This document shows positions 9,305 through 17,686 of a stretch of 64,000 bases of DNA, one piece after another. Source of the stretch: an uncultured Candidatus Poseidoniales archaeon (GTDB taxonomy: Archaea > Thermoplasmatota > Poseidoniia > Poseidoniales > Thalassarchaeaceae); contig CABXDN010000004.1 of assembly GCA_902511005.1 (NCBI GenBank), forward strand, positions 28,404 to 92,403. The letters run 5' to 3'. A program made the translations under genes and the position numbers. Every line of letters begins with the position of its first letter. Position 1 is the stretch's first letter. The notes under the pieces were generated by a model. It was not told the DNA's origin, did no database searches, and saw nothing but the letters and a program-made list of their open reading frames with translations.

Positions 9305-10423
9305 ATGCCATTACGATTAGGTCCGGCAGGTGTGCCATTATCATGTAAAGGAAGGACTATTGTCGAGGGAATGGACGATATTACAGTCCTTGGATTAGAT
9401 GCAATGGAGATACAGACTGTACGTACAGTTCAACCAAAACATTTTGATCAATACTGGCAAGCAGGTATACTTTCATGGGACTCTGATATTGAGATGAATA
9501 TGCATGGTCCATATTATGCGGAACTTCTTGGTAATCGTCGTGAACGTAATCGAAGTCTATTGAAAATGGAATCGAGTATGCAAGCAGGAAAAATCTTGAA
9601 TGCTCGTCATTTGACATATCATGTAGGCCCATATGGAGATTATGAACCAGGTACAAGTGCTAATGAGCAAGTAGCTAATGTATTTTCAGGAGTTGTTGAC
9701 AGAGTAAGGTCAATTTGGGGAGTTGCTAAAGAAGAGTTAGACTACGCTGCATTCCCATGGATACATGAATCTGAACCTTCTCTCGTAGGAATTGAAACCT
9801 CTGGCCGTCAAGAATTATGGGGCACTATAGAAGAAGTTCTTGAAGTTTGTAATCACGTTGAAGGAACAGTCCCAGTAATCAATATGGCACATATTCATGC
9901 ACGAGGTCACGGGAAGATGAAGACAAGTGAAGACTATGCTGAATTATTCGATTTAGTCAGAGAAAGTTATGGTGGAAAGAAATTCTACTGTCATTTCGCT
10001 GGCGTGGAACATAGAATGGGTAATGCATTACACTACACTCAAATTAAAAAGTCTGATCTTAAATTTGAGCCTTTTGCAGAATATCTAGCGGAAGAAGGTG
10101 AATGGTTGGATATAACGATAATTTCGGATTCGCCTTTACTTGAACACGATGCTATGTATATGTTGCAGCATTATGACAAAGCGAGACAGAGGTTATTGGA
10201 GATTCGAGCGCGTGATGAACGTCAAGTGAAATTAGCTCGACAAGCAGGCATGTCAGATGATGAATTAGCAGAATTTGAAAGACAAGCTGCTGAGGAGAAA
10301 TCTAAAGCAGCAGAGAAAGAATCTGAATCAAAAGAGCCCGCTAAGAAAATAGCACCTAAGAAAGCAGACACTAGTTCTATGATTTCTTTCGAAGATGCCG
10401 ATGATGATGACGATATTTTCTGA
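9305..10423 (+). CDS. Endonuclease IV-like AP-endonuclease family 2 TIM-barrel protein with a Lys/Glu-rich C-terminal tail.
   Basis: Alignment by eye to E. coli Nfo: HGPYYAELLGN against HDSYLINLGHP, HLTYHVGPY against LLNFHPGSH, LVGIETSGRQ against VIENTAGQG, VINMAHIHARGHG against CIDTCHAFAAGYD, and YCHFAGVEH against HLNDAK. One metal-ligand Asp appears replaced by Asn. The C-terminal roughly 70 aa are charged and low-complexity (EEKSKAAEKESESKEPAKK...DADDDDDIF). Start taken at ATG 9305; the track ORF begins at an upstream TTG at 9263. Confidence 0.5.
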   Translation: MPLRLGPAGVPLSCKGRTIVEGMDDITVLGLDAMEIQTVRTVQPKHFDQYWQAGILSWDSDIEMNMHGPYYAELLGNRRERNRSLLKMESSMQAGKILNARHLTYHVGPYGDYEPGTSANEQVANVFSGVVDRVRSIWGVAKEELDYAAFPWIHESEPSLVGIETSGRQELWGTIEEVLEVCNHVEGTVPVINMAHIHARGHGKMKTSEDYAELFDLVRESYGGKKFYCHFAGVEHRMGNALHYTQIKKSDLKFEPFAEYLAEEGEWLDITIISDSPLLEHDAMYMLQHYDKARQRLLEIRARDERQVKLARQAGMSDDELAEFERQAAEEKSKAAEKESESKEPAKKIAPKKADTSSMISFEDADDDDDIF

Positions 10424-10432
10424 AGTATCAAA

Positions 10433-10999
10433 TTATTCAATATGACTTCTTACTAATGCCGAACATGGCATTTTTGGTGGGTCGCTAAATCCAAAATTAG
10501 CTTTAGGGTGAAATTTTTTATATTCTCCTAAATCATTTTTCTTGAATTCTGCCTTCGCGAAAGTCAATTTCGATAACCTGTCTACTGCATACCACTCCTT
10601 TTTCCCATTTTTTGTTTTACCATATGTTTTTGTTCCAAAAATAAGCCATCCAAAGAAATATTCGATACTTGCAACAAACCATAAAGGCCTTTTCTTAGTC
10701 AAGAATGAAAATCCTCTACTCCATTCAAAATGGCAATTCAGATCTTTAGTTTCAACTTTCATCATATTTCCGCTATCTTCTACCTTTAAATCTTCAATTT
10801 GAATGATATCAAATTCATAAAGAGAGGAAATATAATTTGCAATTTCCTCATTAGGGGCAATGAGGACTTTTGACCCATCTGATTTTGCCCACATTATATC
10901 TGAGAAACTACCAAAGGGGGTATTCCTCCAAGTACCAACAACTATTCTATCTCCTGATGAGAAACCACACGATGTGATGCGCCCTTCAAAAATATCCAT
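10433..10999 (-). CDS. Hypothetical protein.
   Basis: 188-aa ORF, Lys/Phe/Trp-rich in its C-terminal half. No family recognised. Confidence 0.4.
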   Translation of the reverse strand: MDIFEGRITSCGFSSGDRIVVGTWRNTPFGSFSDIMWAKSDGSKVLIAPNEEIANYISSLYEFDIIQIEDLKVEDSGNMMKVETKDLNCHFEWSRGFSFLTKKRPLWFVASIEYFFGWLIFGTKTYGKTKNGKKEWYAVDRLSKLTFAKAEFKKNDLGEYKKFHPKANFGFSDPPKMPCSALVRSHIE

Positions 11000-11064
11000 G
11001 CTCTTTCGTAGAAACTTTAGTTAATGAAATACTGTATAACACTACACGTCATTTAGTAGGTTGC

Positions 11065-11140
11065 TGGTGGGACTGGCCGGACTTGAACCGGCGGCCTCCG
11101 CATCTTCAGTGCGGCGCTCTCCCAGCTGAGCTACAGTCCC
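11065..11140 (-). tRNA. tRNA-Phe (anticodon GAA), with the 3' CCA encoded.
   Basis: The reverse complement GGGACTGTAGCTCAGCTGGGAGAGCGCCGCACTGAAGATGCGGAGGCCGCCGGTTCAAGTCCGGCCAGTCCCACCA folds as a cloverleaf. It has a 7-bp acceptor stem, D arm GCTC/GAGC, anticodon loop CTGAAGA, T arm GCCGG-TTCAAGT-CCGGC, discriminator A and CCA. Confidence 0.9.
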
Positions 11141-11187
11141 TTTAGCGTGCATGGCACCGCGCTTTGCTCTTCAATTGTTCCGAGAAC

Positions 11188-12048
11188 TCAATTTGCTTCT
11201 GAAAGTACTTTCGTCTGCATTTCATGGAGTGCTGAATTACCTTTTTCGGCCATATCGAGCAATGCGTTGAGTTGTTTGCGGGTGTATGTTGATTCTTCGC
11301 CCGTGCCTTGAACTTCCACAAACTCTCCGTTACTTGTCATAACAACATTCATGTCAACATCCGCATTGCTATCTAAGATATAGTCTAAATCAAGATATAT
11401 GTCATCGCCCAATAATCCTACACTAATTGCCGCTACATTATTGCTAATCACTCTATTTTCATGTACAGTTTTCTGCTCATCAGTTAGGTGGGGTGCTTTC
11501 CAACCATTTTTCAGATCTTCTCTACTTGGTCTCATGTCTTTAGGCAAACATTCACCACTAGAAATCAGTCTGCGAACAGCTAATCTTAGAGCGATACATG
11601 CTGCTGTTATTGATGCACATCTGGTTCCCCCGTCTGCATTTAGAACATCGCAATCTACTGTCAAAGCCAGAGGTCCAAGTTGCTCTAAATCAATCGCTCC
11701 TCGTAATGAACGAGCAACCAATCTTTCAATTTCTTGCGTTCTCCCTTTCGCTCCACTTCTTTCTCTACGGAATCTACTATCTGTAGAACCAGGTAACAAT
11801 GAGTATTCTGCATGAACCCAGCCTCTATTCGAATCTCGGGGAAACCATCTTGGCAAACCATCAGCCTTAGTTACACATGCCAAAATAACTGTATTCCCTT
11901 GACGGTATAATATAGATGCTAACGCATTAGGTGTGAAATCTAGAGTAACCTCAATTTCTCTTAATTCATCATGTTCTCTTTCTGTTTCGAAATCGCCACT
12001 CTTCATCTTAGCCATAGATGTCGGGCTGACCTCCCTCTCATGAATCAT
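11188..12048 (-). CDS. rph: Ribonuclease PH, bacterial type.
   Basis: AEYSLLPGSTDSRFRRERSGAKGRTQEIERLVARSLRGAIDLEQLGPLALTVDCDVLNADGGTRCASITAACIAL is close to E. coli RNase PH ([41 protein letters not shown]...DCDVIQADGGTRTAAITGA). There are 4-nt start/stop overlaps with mogA. Confidence 0.85.
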   Translation of the reverse strand: MIHEREVSPTSMAKMKSGDFETEREHDELREIEVTLDFTPNALASILYRQGNTVILACVTKADGLPRWFPRDSNRGWVHAEYSLLPGSTDSRFRRERSGAKGRTQEIERLVARSLRGAIDLEQLGPLALTVDCDVLNADGGTRCASITAACIALRLAVRRLISSGECLPKDMRPSREDLKNGWKAPHLTDEQKTVHENRVISNNVAAISVGLLGDDIYLDLDYILDSNADVDMNVVMTSNGEFVEVQGTGEESTYTRKQLNALLDMAEKGNSALHEMQTKVLSEAN

Positions 12049-12596
12049 TCTCTTCTGGCATGAGCAGGTCTGAATGAATTTACTACCTCTGAATGTGTCG
12101 TAATATAGGGCCCACCTATCAAATCAACACAATATGGTACGGCTGAAAAAATTTCATCTAAGATTTCTCTAATCGACCTAGGTGAACCTGGTAAATTAAT
12201 TATTAGACATTCACCCCTTATTCCTGCTATTTGCCTAGATAGTATGGCAGTAGGGACATATTTTAAGGAGATATTCCTCATTTGTTCACCGAATCCAGGA
12301 AGTATCCTATCACATACTGCTTCGGTAGCTTCAGGGGAAACATCTCTTGGTGCAGGGCCGGTGCCTCCCGTAGTGAGAATTACTGAACAGTTCTTATTAT
12401 CTACTAAATCACATAATTCATTTTCTATTCGTATTTTTTCATCAGGTACAATTACCCTAACTGTTTCCCAAAGTGATGATATCGCATCTTCCAAGAACCC
12501 CTCGATTGCAGGCCCACTAAGGTCTTCATAATCGCCGGAACTTGCTCTATCCGATGCTGTTAAAATTCCAAATCTGCACAAACCATCGCCTTCCAT
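12045..12596 (-). CDS. mogA: Molybdopterin adenylyltransferase (MogA/MoaB family).
   Basis: RFGILTASDRASSGDYEDLSGPAIEGFL aligns with E. coli MogA RIGLVSISDRASSGVYKDKAIPALEEWL. The TTGGTG motif is present. Confidence 0.85.
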   Translation of the reverse strand: MEGDGLCRFGILTASDRASSGDYEDLSGPAIEGFLEDAISSLWETVRVIVPDEKIRIENELCDLVDNKNCSVILTTGGTGPAPRDVSPEATEAVCDRILPGFGEQMRNISLKYVPTAILSRQIAGIRGECLIINLPGSPRSIREILDEIFSAVPYCVDLIGGPYITTHSEVVNSFRPAHARRE

Positions 12597-12787
12597 CGGC
12601 CTTCTATAAACAGCAATGAATCAAAACGCCATCGGTCCGAATCTTTGACAAACTGATGGACATGTTCAAAGACCTCCATGCTAGCAAAGGTCTCCCGGAG
12701 GTTTGCAAGTGTTGAGTCTACCCAAACATACACGCCGTTGCTATACCCCATTTTTCCATCAAGAATCTTTCTTGTTGGCATTTGCAT
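12560..12787 (-). CDS. Small hypothetical protein (75 aa). Questionable.
   Basis: This ORF fills the otherwise empty 240-bp divergent region between mogA and the RPA gene. Its 3' end overlaps the mogA start by 37 nt. Composition is not AT-rich, which is compatible with coding. No family recognised. Confidence 0.25.
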   Translation of the reverse strand: MQMPTRKILDGKMGYSNGVYVWVDSTLANLRETFASMEVFEHVHQFVKDSDRWRFDSLLFIEGRWKAMVCADLEF

Positions 12788-12837
12788 CGGTAGTTAAAGT
12801 AGTCTCGCCATTACAATCCTGATGTAGGTGTAGTATT

Positions 12838-14529
12838 ATGACAGATTATGAGAAATATGCAACGCAAGTTGCTTTGGTCAAAGAAGAATGTAAAGATGCA
12901 GATAATAATGAAATCGCAGAAGAATTTAGGAGATATGAAGAAGAATTCTTGATAGAACCTAATGATGCAGTAAGGTCTGTAATTCTTAAATTTATGAAGG
13001 CATCAGGCCAGGAAATCAAATCAATATCTAATGCTCAAACACGTGTTGAGAAAAAGGTGGATAGATTTTCAGATTTAGGTTCAGAAGATAAGAATGTAAC
13101 TATTGAAGTTGCAGTTGTAACATATGTTCCTCGTGTCCAAATGGTTCGTGGTGAGGAAAAACAAATCGCTTTTGGATGGATCGAGGATAATCCTTGGGAA
13201 TCCAATGATAAAAGAGAGAGATGGGACTTCAAAGATTGGGGGTCACATTCAGAAAATCTTGCACCCAACTCCGTCGTTAGACTCGAGGGAGTATCTGTGA
13301 ATGAATGGAATGACAAACGTTCGATTAATATTAATCGTTCGAGTAGAGTTACTGTTCTTCGCGAAGGGGGTCCATCAGTACCTCCTGTGAGTGATGAACC
13401 GGTAACAATAGAAAAGGCATCCGAAAATGAAGGCTATGTCACACTTTTAGCGAGAATAATATCGCTTAAACCCGACGTTATAGTAAAAAGAGATGGTAGC
13501 GGTAGTTTAGATATATTTAGAGGAACTTTTGCAGATTCGTCGGGTAAAATAAGCTTTCTTTCATGGGTTCCTGTTAATCATGAAATTGGAGATTTAGTGA
13601 AAATCGAAGGTGCGATGATTCGAAAATTTAGAGAGACTCCCGAAGTTAATATCAATGACAGAACTAAAATAGAAAAATATCATGATAATAATTTCGCTAG
13701 TACAGAAGAATTATCTGAAGTTACAACCTCAAAGATTGGTGATTTAAGGAACGGTATGAAAGATGTAATTACTACAGTCCAAGTAGAATCTTGGCAGTCT
13801 CGTACATTTACTAATTCAGATGGTGAAGAGAAGATAGTTAGGAGTGGAGACATCATGGATCCTACTGGCAGATGCCGCCTTACCGCTTGGTGTGAAATAG
13901 ACCCTAAGCCAGGGGACTTTCTTCACTTAACTGGTGCTCGAGTTCAATTTTGGCAAGGTTCTCCTGATCTTGTTGTTGATAATTCAGATCAGGTATCTAA
14001 CCTTACAGATGCACCATGGGAATCTATTGATCCTGAGCAACATTGGGTAGATATCGAACTTTCTAAACTTGTCACAAGTGGTTCTAGAAGGGGAATTAAG
14101 ACACGAGGCACGATTGTCGCGATTAGGTCTGATTCTGGCATAATACAAAGATGCCCAGAGTGTCGCAGGATTCTTCGAGAAAGTGCTTGTTTGGAGCATG
14201 GTCCGCAGCAGGGGGTAGAAGATTTAAGGTTAAAATTTGTAGTGGATAATGGTATCCATAATGCCTCATTAATATTAGGTAAGGAGCCTTCTGAAAAATT
14301 ATTAGGGAAAAGCCAAGAGGAGATTAAAGAAAGTATCTCTAAAAGTAGCCAAGGAGATTTTCTTACCGAAGTAAGGAATAATTATCTAGCTAGAAAGGTT
14401 ACAATTCATGGCCGCTCATTAGTAGATGCACAAGGTGCTATGATATTAGCTGAAGGAGTTATTTTTGATGATACATCAAATGAAAACGCAGCCAATTTAG
14501 TTATGGAAGAATGGGGGGTGCTTCTATGA
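12838..14529 (+). CDS. Replication protein A (RPA1-like) ssDNA-binding protein, with multiple OB folds and a C4 zinc ribbon.
   Basis: 563 aa. OB-fold-like units repeat roughly every 110 aa. The zinc ribbon CPECRR...CLEHG is typical of archaeal and eukaryotic RPA70-like proteins. It sits next to an RPA32-like gene. Confidence 0.65.
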   Translation: MTDYEKYATQVALVKEECKDADNNEIAEEFRRYEEEFLIEPNDAVRSVILKFMKASGQEIKSISNAQTRVEKKVDRFSDLGSEDKNVTIEVAVVTYVPRVQMVRGEEKQIAFGWIEDNPWESNDKRERWDFKDWGSHSENLAPNSVVRLEGVSVNEWNDKRSININRSSRVTVLREGGPSVPPVSDEPVTIEKASENEGYVTLLARIISLKPDVIVKRDGSGSLDIFRGTFADSSGKISFLSWVPVNHEIGDLVKIEGAMIRKFRETPEVNINDRTKIEKYHDNNFASTEELSEVTTSKIGDLRNGMKDVITTVQVESWQSRTFTNSDGEEKIVRSGDIMDPTGRCRLTAWCEIDPKPGDFLHLTGARVQFWQGSPDLVVDNSDQVSNLTDAPWESIDPEQHWVDIELSKLVTSGSRRGIKTRGTIVAIRSDSGIIQRCPECRRILRESACLEHGPQQGVEDLRLKFVVDNGIHNASLILGKEPSEKLLGKSQEEIKESISKSSQGDFLTEVRNNYLARKVTIHGRSLVDAQGAMILAEGVIFDDTSNENAANLVMEEWGVLL

Positions 14530-15488
14530 TTAATCAAATTAGAGTAGGTAGGCAGAGTGCAATAAGAATTTTTGCTCAAGAATATTCTGATTCAAATCTT
14601 CCTTTGGAAGGAGTAGGAGAATACGCCCCCTCATTCATTATTACTAAATTAGGTGCAAAAGTTAATCGCGCACTTTTCGGAGGCGTAATTGATAGATTTG
14701 AAAGAAGAGATGGTGACAATGGCCCTTCTTATTCCGGTCAATTAAGAGATGCCACAGGTGGAGTTCACCGTTTCCAAATAGCTCCCTTTCAACCAGAATT
14801 ACATGCTGATGCTGAAGAACTTCTTGCACGATTTGAGTCGGGTGACCGATTTCTTATGATGATGGTAGGTCGTGCACGATGGTTTGAAAGTGATGATGGA
14901 GGGATTTTCACATCTTTCCGCGCAGAAGAATTTTGTATAGTTGAGAGAGAAGTTTATGTTAATTGGTTAGTTGAAACTTCTGAAGCAACATTGAGAAGAT
15001 TATCTGCATACTCGGCATCATTAGGTTCGGATAATAACTCAGAAGCCCTAGAGGCTTCAGGAGTTCCTTCCGACTTAATTGAAGGAATGATTCTAGCCAA
15101 AGACCACTACGGCGCTTTTGATCCAGAAAGCTACAGAGTAGGTGTATTACAGGGTCTCTCAATGGCTCTGAATTCTAATGGAGAAATTGAAACTATGATG
15201 GCATCCTCTGAGAGTACACGATCAGATAGTGATTTAGACAATCCCACATCGAGTGTCTCAGTAGCAGAAAAACCTAAGTTGGAACCTCAAGGTGATGTTG
15301 AAGATTTAATTCTAAATGTAGTAAGAAATTCATCAGATGTTAATGGTATACCATATGACTCGATTGTCCTTGCTTGTACAGAAGCAGGATTCTCGAGGGA
15401 ATCCTCTGAAGATGCAATCGAAGACTTAAGGGATATAAAGTGTCAAATTATTGAACCTAGGTTTGGATTTTTCCAAATTCTTGACTAG
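14526..15488 (+). CDS. RPA32-like small subunit, with an OB fold and a C-terminal winged helix.
   Basis: Its start overlaps the upstream stop as ATGA (14526-14529). An N-terminal OB-fold-like region (GVIDRFERRDG...GQLRDATGGVHRF) is followed by an Asp/Ser-rich linker and a C-terminal wH-like segment (GIPYDSIVLACTEAGFSRESSEDAIEDLRD). Confidence 0.55.
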   Translation: MINQIRVGRQSAIRIFAQEYSDSNLPLEGVGEYAPSFIITKLGAKVNRALFGGVIDRFERRDGDNGPSYSGQLRDATGGVHRFQIAPFQPELHADAEELLARFESGDRFLMMMVGRARWFESDDGGIFTSFRAEEFCIVEREVYVNWLVETSEATLRRLSAYSASLGSDNNSEALEASGVPSDLIEGMILAKDHYGAFDPESYRVGVLQGLSMALNSNGEIETMMASSESTRSDSDLDNPTSSVSVAEKPKLEPQGDVEDLILNVVRNSSDVNGIPYDSIVLACTEAGFSRESSEDAIEDLRDIKCQIIEPRFGFFQILD

Positions 15489-16450
15489 TTATTTTTTCTT
15501 TCTGCGAGTAAATTATCTATTTTTGATAACTTGTCTCTTACTCTATCTATTGCCCCCGAATCACTTAGGTCAATTTCTGTTGATGAGTTCATTTTCGCAC
15601 CTTTAATTTCTGCAATATTAGTCGCTACCAATACTAATTTATCTCTTACTTTATCATTAGATAATGGCCATCCTCTCCTCGTTGCGAGCCTGAGGAGTAA
15701 ATCGCTCTCCTTTTCCCCCCAAAAACCTTCATGACTTCTAATAATTGTACTTATCATCCGATCCAAATCTTCAATTCTTGCTTGTATGGTTAAGATATCT
15801 CCTTGAGTTGTAAAGTCAGAATTCTCAAAGCCTATCAGTAGCGAATCATGTGCATCTTCTAGTGCTGCACTAGATGCAATATTTATCTCAACTTCTTGTT
15901 TTTGATCTAAATGTGGAAGTTCAACTGATTTTATTCGTTCATTTAATTCCGAAGTTCCATTTGGATTGTTAGCAATATTTAAAATTCCATTTCTCCTTAA
16001 ACTTCTTTTTATCCTTCCCCATGCGTTAAATTGGCTTGTTAATACTCCTGCAACTCTTCCCATTAATATGGTTCTATTTCCGGTTAGTGGCAGTTCTAGG
16101 TGTTGGCACATAACGTGCAATTTTTCTCTATCTAGTTCAGCTAATCTTTCAATTGTCATTCGTCTTGAATCAAAATTCAGATGTAACCATAATCTCTGTC
16201 TTCTTTCTTTATGGGAACCTGATGATTTAATCCCAAATATTTTCAAAACTTCGCCAATTTCTTTATGAGGCATCGACTGAATTCCGTCCCAAGATAAATC
16301 TAGATTATCAAGGATTTGATATTGAATTAATCTTGCTCTAAGTACTTCTACAGAGCCGGATTTACTAAGTTCAAAACCTTCTGCTTTTTGTCTCAGTGAC
16401 ATCAGACGAGATCGGTATAGGTCATCTAGTAATACTTCGTCAACCTGCAA
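15485..16450 (-). CDS. SAP-domain-containing protein of unknown function.
   Basis: 321 aa. An N-terminal SAP-like helix-loop-helix (LSKSGSVEVLRARLIQYQIL) is followed by a second similar unit (RLAELDREKLHVMCQHLELPLTGNRTILMGRVAGVL). The C-terminal half is coiled-coil-like. Confidence 0.4.
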   Translation of the reverse strand: MQVDEVLLDDLYRSRLMSLRQKAEGFELSKSGSVEVLRARLIQYQILDNLDLSWDGIQSMPHKEIGEVLKIFGIKSSGSHKERRQRLWLHLNFDSRRMTIERLAELDREKLHVMCQHLELPLTGNRTILMGRVAGVLTSQFNAWGRIKRSLRRNGILNIANNPNGTSELNERIKSVELPHLDQKQEVEINIASSAALEDAHDSLLIGFENSDFTTQGDILTIQARIEDLDRMISTIIRSHEGFWGEKESDLLLRLATRRGWPLSNDKVRDKLVLVATNIAEIKGAKMNSSTEIDLSDSGAIDRVRDKLSKIDNLLAERKNN

Positions 16451-16553
16451 AACCTATCTCCTCTGTGTGGCCGAGAATTATCCTGCATGATATTAATTGC
16501 GTATGAATTAATGATTCAGTATGTATTTTGGCAGTTAAATCTGAAAGCCGGAA

Positions 16554-17627
16554 TCAATTATTAAAAAAATCGATACCCGCAATCTTTGAACTCTCAATCA
16601 CTCTTCTCCAATCTTTTTCAGTCGCAATCATTGCTACTTCATAACCAGAATATGGAATTACTCTATCTACCGCGATTGTTCTTTTCCCGTCATTCGAAAT
16701 TGTTTCAATTCTAAATTCAACTAGTACTTCATTTGTGTTTGCTTCCCCTTCTAAATCATGAAATGCCTGTTCCATAGTCAAGTCTCTATGTTCTTCGGCC
16801 TGTTTCATGAGAGTACTCATTTTCCGATGTCTAGTAAGGATACCTATACCGTTTAATTGATTTTCATCCATCCTCCCGATGAAATGATTTTGAATTTTCC
16901 AAACTGTTTCACCTTCAATTTCTGAAAATAATTTAGAATTTTTATTGGGATAATTCTTCCTCCCTACTAATACCACTAAATCTGAATATGCAGTTGGTAA
17001 AAAATGGTTGTCTCCTCTATTTTGAGGGTCAGGTAGTAAGGTATGTCTTCTTTCACTGATGTTTAATGTAGAATAAATAACTCTTGGAATTATATAGCCA
17101 TCTATTTCTTTATTTTGACGTAGTTTTTCCATCCAAGCATACCTTTCTAATTCATTTCCTAGCGATTCGTTTCTCTTTTCAATTTCTATAAATGCGACTG
17201 GAGATAAAACTCTCATTCCTCTACGTGATCTTCTTAACTGTCTCCTAATCAACTTTGATTCGCACAAGATTATAGCAGATTTTGGCTGATATTGGATTTT
17301 ATTTTCTGAAACTAATACCATATTCGGTGTTCTAGGAGTTCTTGCTCCATGTACCTGGCAATTTGCTTCATACATTTCCACTTGTTTACCATGTAGAAGT
17401 TTCGCAGGCATCGCAAGTAAGTCTAAGTCGCCATTCTGAAGGCTCTCTAATGCTTGGGTAAAAGATTCTTGTTCTTCATTTTCTATTTGAGTATCAGGCG
17501 CCTCATTAGATTCAAAAAATTTCTCCATATATTGGTCAACTGGGCATGATGATATAGAGAGGGTTCCAAATTGTATTCTTTCCATATTCGCGTCCACCTC
17601 ATGGGAGGGAGCACGTACCGTACTCAA
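16554..17627 (-). CDS. Hypothetical protein (357 aa).
   Basis: Long ORF with no motif I can assign. Weak resemblance to HemC was rejected. It is Arg-rich (RRQLRRSRRGMR), and lies 103 bp upstream of the SAP-domain gene on the same strand. Confidence 0.4.
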   Translation of the reverse strand: MSTVRAPSHEVDANMERIQFGTLSISSCPVDQYMEKFFESNEAPDTQIENEEQESFTQALESLQNGDLDLLAMPAKLLHGKQVEMYEANCQVHGARTPRTPNMVLVSENKIQYQPKSAIILCESKLIRRQLRRSRRGMRVLSPVAFIEIEKRNESLGNELERYAWMEKLRQNKEIDGYIIPRVIYSTLNISERRHTLLPDPQNRGDNHFLPTAYSDLVVLVGRKNYPNKNSKLFSEIEGETVWKIQNHFIGRMDENQLNGIGILTRHRKMSTLMKQAEEHRDLTMEQAFHDLEGEANTNEVLVEFRIETISNDGKRTIAVDRVIPYSGYEVAMIATEKDWRRVIESSKIAGIDFFNN

Positions 17628-17686
17628 ACTAACCGGCTAGACACTTATTGATATAGGCGACCCCTTCTAACGTGCATTGAATTACC

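Noticed and set aside
8520-11140. Integrated mobile element at tRNA-Phe.
   Set aside because: No integrase, transposase or recognisable att-like duplication of the tRNA 3' end was seen. Only the compositional shift and the unknown genes support it, so it is kept as a finding with modest interest, not annotated as a mobile element.
11399-11815. 138-aa and 62-aa plus-strand ORFs.
   Set aside because: They are antisense to the strongly supported RNase PH gene.
16554-17627. Tentative reading of the 357-aa protein as porphobilinogen deaminase (HemC), based on an N-terminal ERIQFGT.
   Set aside because: The downstream HemC signatures and the cofactor-binding Cys region are absent, so it is kept as hypothetical.
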